This document shows, piece by piece, positions 57,057 to 64,000 of a stretch of 64,000 bases of DNA. Under the pieces are notes generated by a model that ran no database searches, was not told the origin of the DNA, and saw only the letters and a program-made list of their open reading frames with translations. The stretch is from an uncultured Thermoprotei archaeon (GTDB lineage: Archaea; Thermoproteota; Thermoprotei; Thermofilales; B15-G2): assembly GCA_965367815.1 (NCBI GenBank), contig CBDUKN010000001.1, positions 128,001 through 192,000 on the forward strand, written 5' to 3'. The position numbers and the translations under genes were made by a program. Numbering within the stretch: position 1 is the stretch's first letter; each line of letters begins with the position of its first letter.

Positions 57057-57500
57057 CTACGTTGTTATTCCTAACCGTCTTAGAGCCTCTGAGAGCGGTA
57101 TACCCGGCGGAACAATCTCTACTCTCACTCCTGCTTGCTGCAAAACAAAGCTTATATTTGGGCCTAAACGGGGAGCTATTACTAGCTTAACTCCGCTTGC
57201 CACAATCCATTGTCCTAACCCCATTCCTGCTCCATGAGGAGCAGTAGCGTAGGGGTTTTCTAGAATTTTAAGGTTTACTACTTTGCCTCCAACTGTGTCT
57301 ACTACAGCTATTAACGGTGCTCTAGCGAACCTGAAAGATATGGGTGAGTTTAAGCCTACATTGGAGTCTACTGTAGCCACGATTCTTAGTCCATTAGGAG
57401 GCGGGGGAGGAAGAGGCGGTAAAGTGGGCAGAGGTCCCCATCCTCTTCCTCTACTCCATCCTCTTCCAAAACCTCTTCCGTAGGGAGGAGGGTATGTCAC
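57057..57500 (-). CDS. NifB/NifX-family metal-cofactor-binding protein with GRG/Pro-rich N-terminus
   Basis: FRFARAP, ENPY...GAG, LGPN, AGV motifs. Confidence 0.85.
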   Translation of the reverse strand: MTYPPPYGRGFGRGWSRGRGWGPLPTLPPLPPPPPNGLRIVATVDSNVGLNSPISFRFARAPLIAVVDTVGGKVVNLKILENPYATAPHGAGMGLGQWIVASGVKLVIAPRLGPNISFVLQQAGVRVEIVPPGIPLSEALRRLGITT

Positions 57501-57530
57501 AGAAAAATATGCATTTGCACATTATTAAAA

Positions 57531-59408
57531 TTAGCGTACTTTACTCAAGAGTTTTTCTCCTATTTCTTTTAAGCCGAGGTCTTCTAAAAGCTCTTTAGTG
57601 GGAACGCCGTTTTCGTCCCATTTGCGGTACTCGTAGTACTCTTTAAGCATAGGCTCTAGCTCGACAACTTGACCAGCAGCTCCTCCTTCTTTAAGAGGCT
57701 CTTTGAGAAGACGTTCTGGCAGAGTGTCGTCTTTAGACGTGTAGCCGCAGGCTATATTGAATAGTCTCTTTAGGTTAAACGACCTAGCGCCTGCCTTGAG
57801 TAGTTCTGGTAGGAGTGTTTTTCTGCCAGTAACCATGCTGTACATGGCTGCTACGTGCGCTGGAGGTATGGCCAGGAACTTGCATATTATCATAGACTCT
57901 AGTACTTCGTGCCAGTCCTGCATAATAGCGACTATTCTGCCTTTACCTTCTACAGCGAAGCGGTCTACTCTCTCGTATATTTTTAAGTCGTGCATACGTT
58001 CTCCCTGCTCTATTCTTAGGACGAATCCCTGGAGGTGGCAGGCACCTCTATTTGATGTAGCGTACTGGAGCCCCATACCTTTAAAGGCGCGTGGATCATG
58101 CATAGGTACTTCAAGTCCCTTTACGTGCATAGCGTATTTCTCAGAGCCTCTGCCTATTGTCTTAGAGGCTAGCCTACTTCCCTCGCCTAAAAGCTTACCG
58201 AATCCTTCACGTTCACTGATCATTTTAATTAACTTAAGTAGTAGTTCTCCGTCGCCCCACTTCAGCTCTAAGCCTCCAGTATCCTCTTTAGTTATGATTC
58301 CTTTCTCGTAGCACTCAATAGCCCAGGCTATAGTTACGCCGGTTGAGATAACGTCTATTCCGTATCTATTGCAGAGCTCGTTTGCCTTAGCTATTACATG
58401 CGGATCATCTATTAAGAGAGTAGAGCCTAGCGAAGCGACAGCTTCGTACTCGGGGCCTCTGACTTTAAGTCCGTCTACTTCAACTACTCTCCAGCAACCA
58501 ATAGGGCAGTTATAGCATGCTCTATGCTTAACGACAATTGTTTTAGCGAGGCTTTCGCCCTTAAGCTTCTCTATTCCTTCCCACGCTCCTAGGCTAAAGT
58601 TCTTTATAGGCATGTCGCCATACTCGTAGAAAACCTCTACTTCGCCCGCAGTACCGTAGGCAGCCTGTATTTGTGTTGAAGGGAAAGACATTATGAGCGG
58701 AAGCAGTCTCCTAATAAGGTGTCTTAAGCGGTTCGGGTCGGCCATAGAGATAGAGCCGGAGCCTTTGACAGCTATCGCTTTGAGTTTCTTAGAACCCATT
58801 ACGGCGCCCATACCTGTTCTGCCGGCTACTCGAGGGCCTTCAGGCTCAGGCTCAACTGTAATGCAGGCGTAGCGCACCAGTTTTTCTCCAGCAGGTCCTA
58901 TACACGCTACTTTGACTTTATCGTCGCCAGTATCCTGTTTTACAAGTCCATCTGTTTCACGGGTATCTTTACCCCATATTTTAGAAGCGTCTCTTATCTC
59001 GACTTCAGAGTCCTTAATGTATATGTAGACAGGGTCCTTTGAAGACCCTTTAACGACTACTCCGTCAAAACCAGCCTTTTTAAGCTCTATTCCCCAGAAA
59101 CCGCTTGAGTGCGCTTCACCCCAACCTAGTGTTAAAGGAGATTTAGCAGCAACCGCGAATCTACCAGTACACGGAACATATGTCCCTGTGAGAGGGCCTG
59201 TCATGAAAACAAGAGTATTCTCGGGACTAAAGGGATCTATTGAAGGATCTACTTCCTCACAGACTATTTTCGCCGCTAAGCCCGTGCCTCCTATAAACAT
59301 TAATTCTTCTTCTTCAGAAAGTTCTCTAACCCAAGTTTTCTCCTTAGATAAATCAATATAAAGTAATTTACCACAATACCCCAAAAGCTTCCCGCCCATG
59401 TAGCTCAC
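57531..59408 (-). CDS. aor: Tungsten aldehyde:ferredoxin oxidoreductase family
   Basis: AKSPLT, AGRTGMGAVMGSKKLKA, CYNCPIGC, GPEYE, DVISTG, RGACH, DDTLPER. Confidence 0.93.
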   Translation of the reverse strand: MSYMGGKLLGYCGKLLYIDLSKEKTWVRELSEEEELMFIGGTGLAAKIVCEEVDPSIDPFSPENTLVFMTGPLTGTYVPCTGRFAVAAKSPLTLGWGEAHSSGFWGIELKKAGFDGVVVKGSSKDPVYIYIKDSEVEIRDASKIWGKDTRETDGLVKQDTGDDKVKVACIGPAGEKLVRYACITVEPEPEGPRVAGRTGMGAVMGSKKLKAIAVKGSGSISMADPNRLRHLIRRLLPLIMSFPSTQIQAAYGTAGEVEVFYEYGDMPIKNFSLGAWEGIEKLKGESLAKTIVVKHRACYNCPIGCWRVVEVDGLKVRGPEYEAVASLGSTLLIDDPHVIAKANELCNRYGIDVISTGVTIAWAIECYEKGIITKEDTGGLELKWGDGELLLKLIKMISEREGFGKLLGEGSRLASKTIGRGSEKYAMHVKGLEVPMHDPRAFKGMGLQYATSNRGACHLQGFVLRIEQGERMHDLKIYERVDRFAVEGKGRIVAIMQDWHEVLESMIICKFLAIPPAHVAAMYSMVTGRKTLLPELLKAGARSFNLKRLFNIACGYTSKDDTLPERLLKEPLKEGGAAGQVVELEPMLKEYYEYRKWDENGVPTKELLEDLGLKEIGEKLLSKVR

Positions 59409-59409
59409 C

Positions 59410-60057
59410 TTAGAACCTGTAGAGCTTACGGTAAAGCTCTACTTCGCGCTCAGGTATAAGCGGAGGCTTCTTGCCTAAAGCATAGCAGACGAACTGAGCG
59501 ATAGCTACTTCCTCCATTGTTTCTGCTACAGCTTCAGCTTCAACCAGATTAGAGCCCATGGCTATAATACCGTGGTTCTGAAGAATAATAGCCCTACATC
59601 CCTTAGCAGCAGTCTCAGCCACTAGCTTAGCGAGCTTATCGGTTCCAGGAAAAGCAAAAGGCACTATTTCTACTTTCCTTAAAACCATTACTTCCTCTAC
59701 AGTAATAGGCTCAATAGACAGCCCCGCTAAAGCCAGACCCAAGGTAAACGGATTATGTGCGTGAACAATAGCATTTACATCAGGTCTAGCCTTATAAATA
59801 GCCGCATGCACCGGAGCCTCTATTGAAGGCCTCAGCAGGCCGTCAACAACATTACAGTCTAAATCTAGTTTAACTAAGTCATCTGGATTCAACTCACCCT
59901 TGAAGACGCCACTAGGAGTAATCCAAAACTCCTCAGAATTAGGTATACGTGCACTAACATTACCGCCTAAAGCAGAAACAAGCCCTCTCCTATACAGAGC
60001 ACTCATAACTCTGCATATCTCTTGCTTCAATTCTTCCTCACTAAACAGACTCTCCAT
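59410..60057 (-). CDS. Class II aldolase/adducin-family protein
   Basis: GGNVS, ITPSG, PSIE...H, VHAH, NHG. Confidence 0.9.
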   Translation of the reverse strand: MESLFSEEELKQEICRVMSALYRRGLVSALGGNVSARIPNSEEFWITPSGVFKGELNPDDLVKLDLDCNVVDGLLRPSIEAPVHAAIYKARPDVNAIVHAHNPFTLGLALAGLSIEPITVEEVMVLRKVEIVPFAFPGTDKLAKLVAETAAKGCRAIILQNHGIIAMGSNLVEAEAVAETMEEVAIAQFVCYALGKKPPLIPEREVELYRKLYRF

Positions 60058-60490
60058 ACGCTAATACCACAAACTACACCAGTTTAAAACTTTTCACAAA
60101 TAGATAACCTAGAATTGAAGTAGTCGCCGAAAACAAGATACTTTACTACAAACAGTAAACAATCTATAACATTTTATCATAAAGACTCTACATAAATTTA
60201 ATTTAGAAAGTAAGTGCCGAAAGCCATGCGCTGTGCATACCTGCAAAACCGAAATACTACTAGAGGCTTATTAATCATAGTTAATAAGTATTATGTGAAA
60301 CTGTCAACCACAATTAACATCATAATTAGTTAAGTAGCCGTACAAAAATCAAAGCTCTTCATTCTCAAAACTACACTAAACCATTTTACGAGAAATAAAC
60401 TAAGCACACTGCTTCTAAAATAGCAGTCAATAATACTAATCTATAGGAAAATACAATAATTGCTAGACGGACGCAATTAATTTACCATCC

Positions 60491-60519
60491 GTATACAATA
60501 TTCTTATATTGCTGTATAC
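60491..60519. promoter_or_regulatory. Paired GTATAC palindromes over the vapBC promoter, probable antitoxin operator
   Basis: GTATAC at 60491-96 and 60514-19 flanking TTATAT, just upstream of ATG 60535. Confidence 0.55.
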
Positions 60520-60534
60520 AAAGCTATATCGTAT

Positions 60535-60761
60535 ATGTCAACGGAAGTCTTCAGTATCAGAATAAGAAAAGATTTAAAAGAAATAGTTAAAAATACAGAG
60601 AAGTCAATTGGAGAAAACTTATCGAAGAACTTATAGAAGAAGTAGCAGCACGTAAAGAAATTGAAGAATCTTTCAAAGAACTGGATCAATTATTCAAAAA
60701 TATAACTCCTTCACCCGAACCAGGATGGGTTACGGTTAGAGAAGCTAGAGAAACAGAGTGA
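60535..60761 (+). pseudogene. vapB: RHH/CopG-type VapB antitoxin with a frameshift
   Basis: MSTEVFSIRIRKDLKEIVK, shift in the A-run at ~60590, then YREVNWRKLIEELIEE...VREARETE*; stop overlaps vapC start. Confidence 0.75.
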
Positions 60762-61195
60762 TAAGTATGTACATTATAGATGCATCAATATACGCTAGTG
60801 TAGCTGTTAAAGACGAATTCTATGAAAAAAGCCGCAGCTTCCTCACTCAAAGCAGAAGCTTTAGATGTATAACTCTAGACATAGCTCTCATTGAAGCATA
60901 CAATGCTCTATGGAAACACGTCTATTTACTAAAAAGAATTCCTATAAAAAACTATAGAAATATAGCCGTAAATCTAAGAAAAATATTCGAAAAAAGCGTA
61001 AGAAAAATATTTAATGCAATCGATATAGCTGACGACGCTCTTAATATAGCTATTAACTATGGAATAACAGTCTACGACTCAGCTCACTTAGCTCTCGCCG
61101 AAAAAACAGGATATAAACTAATAACTTACGATAAAGAACTAAAAAGAAGACTTGAAAAAACAAATTTAGAGAAAAACATATATGTCTTTTATTAA
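60758..61195 (+). CDS. vapC: VapC PIN-domain toxin
   Basis: IIDAS, IEAYNALWK, TVYDSAHLALA, LITYD. Confidence 0.9.
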   Translation: MISMYIIDASIYASVAVKDEFYEKSRSFLTQSRSFRCITLDIALIEAYNALWKHVYLLKRIPIKNYRNIAVNLRKIFEKSVRKIFNAIDIADDALNIAINYGITVYDSAHLALAEKTGYKLITYDKELKRRLEKTNLEKNIYVFY

Positions 61196-61399
61196 AGTAA
61201 AATAACTAGCAAACAATTTTCCTCTACCAATTACGACATTATAGCTAATGTCTCAAACGAACCCAAATAATAAAATAAAGTCCTATGGACTCCCAAACAT
61301 ATATTCCTGCTAAATGTAAACAAAGCTCCCAAACATCAATATAGCATAATTCAATTTCCCGCAGAAAAGCTAAAATATTTACATAATTTAACAAACTCA

Positions 61400-62456
61400 A
61401 TGGATAAATACAGAATAGTTAAAATAACTACCTCAGCCATCTCACTAATTCTAATAATATACCTACTATCAGCAGGAATATCCGCAGCACTGATCGAAAT
61501 AGACTACAACAATATAGAAACACGCATCGAAAACACGTACATTGTAGCAGAAGTACCACTACACAACAAAGGATTCTACCCTATCAAAAACATGAAAATA
61601 TCATACCAAATACTAACACCCGAAAACGAACTAATATACAGCGGAGAAACAGTTATCAAGAAAATAAAGCCAAAAGAATACAAGAAAATAAAAATAGCAA
61701 TACCAATAGCCGAGCTCTTATCAGGAAAACTAATTAAAGAAATATTAAAAGAAACATATTTAAAAATACCAGTCAAAATAACACTAATTTACGCTTAGTT
61801 AATAAAAACACAAGTACAGCTGACAATAAAAGTACCTATCAAAAAAGCAATCACCATACATGAATTAGAAATAAAGAACATAGAAGTTTCAGAAAAAGGA
61901 GTAATCATAACATACGTATGTACACTGACTAGCTCATTTACACTAAAAGATGTAACTCTTCTCATCGTAGCTAACGGAGCTCAATTGAGTGCAGATAAAA
62001 TAGACATATATATAGGAACAACAACAATAGAAAAACAAGTAACAATACCGCCAAACATAATAAAGCAGGCGTTATATAATTCAATACTTCTAGAAATATA
62101 CTTATCAAAGAATAATATAAAAGTACCTCTCAAAAAAAATAACAATAGGACCAATACTAGTGAATAAAATAAAAGTAATTAAAGTAAATGTAGACATATT
62201 TCAAATGAAAGTATATGCTGAAATACTAGTTCCACTAAACAAAACAATAGTACCGGAAAACATAATTCTGCCTTTGATAATAGTTCAGCGCAATGCTCAG
62301 GGGGCAGTAGTCTCGAAAACAAGTCTTCAAATAAAGCCTGTAAACAATGTAATTAAGCTTGAATTTAAGGTAGCATTACAAACAAGAGCTATTGAAATAA
62401 TCTTAGAAAACCCCTTCAACATAACTCTAGTAAAATATGGTATAGGAGGCGAATAA
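61400..62456 (+). pseudogene. Membrane-anchored beta-rich (LEA/Ig-like) protein broken by an in-frame TAG and a homopolymer frameshift
   Basis: ORFs 61400-61798 and 61985-62167 share a frame separated only by TAG 61796-98; the A8 run at ~62132 shifts into ORF 62160-62456. Confidence 0.65.
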
Positions 62457-62458
62457 CT

Positions 62459-62959
62459 ATGAAAAAACTAAAACTTTTACTATCTACAGTATCAGCAATA
62501 ATATTTTTCATTGTAGCCGCTTATCTACCATACGTACTGTTTACTAAAAACCTTAAAGAAATAGCTACGTTACTGCAACCACTACTTAACATAAATACTG
62601 AAGAAATACCGCCTATAACAATATCGGTAGACAGAGATCTCAATTTAATACTAGCTGTGGGAATAATATACACCATAGTAGCACTAACGGCAAGCATAGT
62701 GTGCTACTTTAAAGAAGCCCGCGAGAGTATATTAGAGGTAGCTAAAGCGACTTTAATGACGTTGTTTAAAGCTGTATGGCTAATTGGATCAAGTGGAGTA
62801 GGAGTATACGTAATTAAAATACCTCCTACAGAAATATTTGAATCGGAAATACAGCTAACATTAGACATGTCAATAATAGCTATAGTACTACTGCTTTTGT
62901 CACTGCTAGAAGTTGCTTTTTCAGTACTGCAAATCAAGAAAAACAATAAAACATATTAA
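62459..62959 (+). CDS. Hypothetical membrane protein (~4 TM)
   Basis: SD-like GGAGG upstream, hydrophobic segments. Confidence 0.7.
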   Translation: MKKLKLLLSTVSAIIFFIVAAYLPYVLFTKNLKEIATLLQPLLNINTEEIPPITISVDRDLNLILAVGIIYTIVALTASIVCYFKEARESILEVAKATLMTLFKAVWLIGSSGVGVYVIKIPPTEIFESEIQLTLDMSIIAIVLLLLSLLEVAFSVLQIKKNNKTY

Positions 62960-63178
62960 TTTACATTGATTGTCATCTAAAGAAATATGTTTAGGACAAA
63001 GTAATTTAAGAGATTACTAGTATTAAATACTTAAGGAAATGATTTATTTCTAAGTTCAAGTAACTTAATTTATCTTCATATGTAGATACTTAAGCCACTT
63101 AAAGGATACTATTTAAGAATGCTAAATTTACTATGAAGTATACTTCAACTAAGCATGTACTTTACTGAACGTGAGTAG

Positions 63179-64000
63179 CTAGAAGAGAATTCTTGCTGTT
63201 ATTTCGAGTAAAGGCTTTACCTTATTCAATATAAGTGACGGAGTTAACGCGTAGACTATTAACTTTACTTCATTTTTTGATATTAAGTTAAGTTTAATGT
63301 ACATTATATACGATAGTATTATAATTAATGGTACGCCTATAATCCATTCTTGTCTAAGTATAGTCCAGGCGACGCTTGATAACGCTAGTGGGACTGCTGC
63401 TAAGCAGGCTATTGTCTTGTATGAGGGAGTGAAGCCTATGTTTTTCGCTATAATTACTGATGCGAGAAAACCTGTTATACTTCCTGCCAAAAAGGATAGT
63501 GCTGCGCCGTATCCTCCATAAGGTGGAACTAGTATGAAGTAGAGCACTATTCTCGGAATATTCAGTGCAGCGCCTAAGGCAAGTATTTTCATGTACCCAT
63601 TATAAGCATAGAGGAGGTTTGTGACAGCGCCTACAAAGATTATGAATGCTGATGAAGCTAGCAGTACGAAAAGCGAGCTACTTGCTGAAACATATTCTCT
63701 TCTAAGCAGTTTTAAAGGAGCCCAGGGATACGTCATTAAAGCGAAAGCTAAAGGCAGTATTAGTGCATAGCATACTTTAAGAGTGCTCCAGCAGACTCTT
63801 TTTCTTCCATCGGTAAGGCTGCTCAAAACTGGGAGAAGAAGCATAGTTATGTTTAGCCCTAGTCCTACGACGACAGAGCTTATTGTAAATGCTATGTAGT
63901 AAGCACCTGTTTCTACAGCTCCTGTGCTTCCAAAGACTACGAGGACTCCAAGCCACTGACCTAAAAGAGTCACTACATTTGGTAGCCATGAAACGGAGCC
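63179..64000 (-). CDS. Oligosaccharide flippase / polysaccharide biosynthesis (MOP superfamily) protein; 5' part outside the window
   Basis: GAYYIAFTI, LLLPVLS, LVPPYGGYGAALS; multi-TM. Confidence 0.8.
   Translation of the reverse strand, partial: GSVSWLPNVVTLLGQWLGVLVVFGSTGAVETGAYYIAFTISSVVVGLGLNITMLLLPVLSSLTDGRKRVCWSTLKVCYALILPLAFALMTYPWAPLKLLRREYVSASSSLFVLLASSAFIIFVGAVTNLLYAYNGYMKILALGAALNIPRIVLYFILVPPYGGYGAALSFLAGSITGFLASVIIAKNIGFTPSYKTIACLAAVPLALSSVAWTILRQEWIIGVPLIIILSYIMYIKLNLISKNEVKLIVYALTPSLILNKVKPLLEITARILF

Noticed and set aside
60060-60480. 420-bp A-rich intergenic stretch as an origin or RNA gene
   Set aside because: No ORB-like repeats, cdc6, GC-rich stems or convincing ORF seen

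Overview
Gene-dense, AT-rich chromosomal window from an archaeon. A thermophilic, heterotrophic TACK/Thermoprotei-like lineage is inferred from tungsten AOR, ADP-forming acetate-CoA ligase beta, geranylgeranyl reductase, archaeal TrpRS/HisRS, leaderless GTG starts and box C/D sRNAs. It mixes housekeeping genes (trpS, hisS, lig, nth, PMM/PGM) with many sugar-processing genes (GH99-like, GH5, GH18, GHL10, a GH57-like protein, a GHMP kinase, IolB, three Gfo/Idh/MocA, class II aldolase), three toxin-antitoxin loci and several decayed genes. No rRNA, tRNA, CRISPR array, integrase or transposase was seen. Main leads: (1) three tandem, tail-less FtsZ/tubulin-family GTPases (44144-47043), each with a degenerate catalytic T7 loop, suggesting a heteropolymeric filament; (2) a TRAPP/Bet3-like protein coupled to a Zn-finger/winged-helix protein (25413-26587); (3) a free-standing box C/D sRNA whose D guide fits the tRNA-Trp anticodon loop (Cm34); (4) a hisS whose conserved N-terminus has no canonical start codon. 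All family calls come from motif recognition by eye and recalled consensus sequences; no searches were run.
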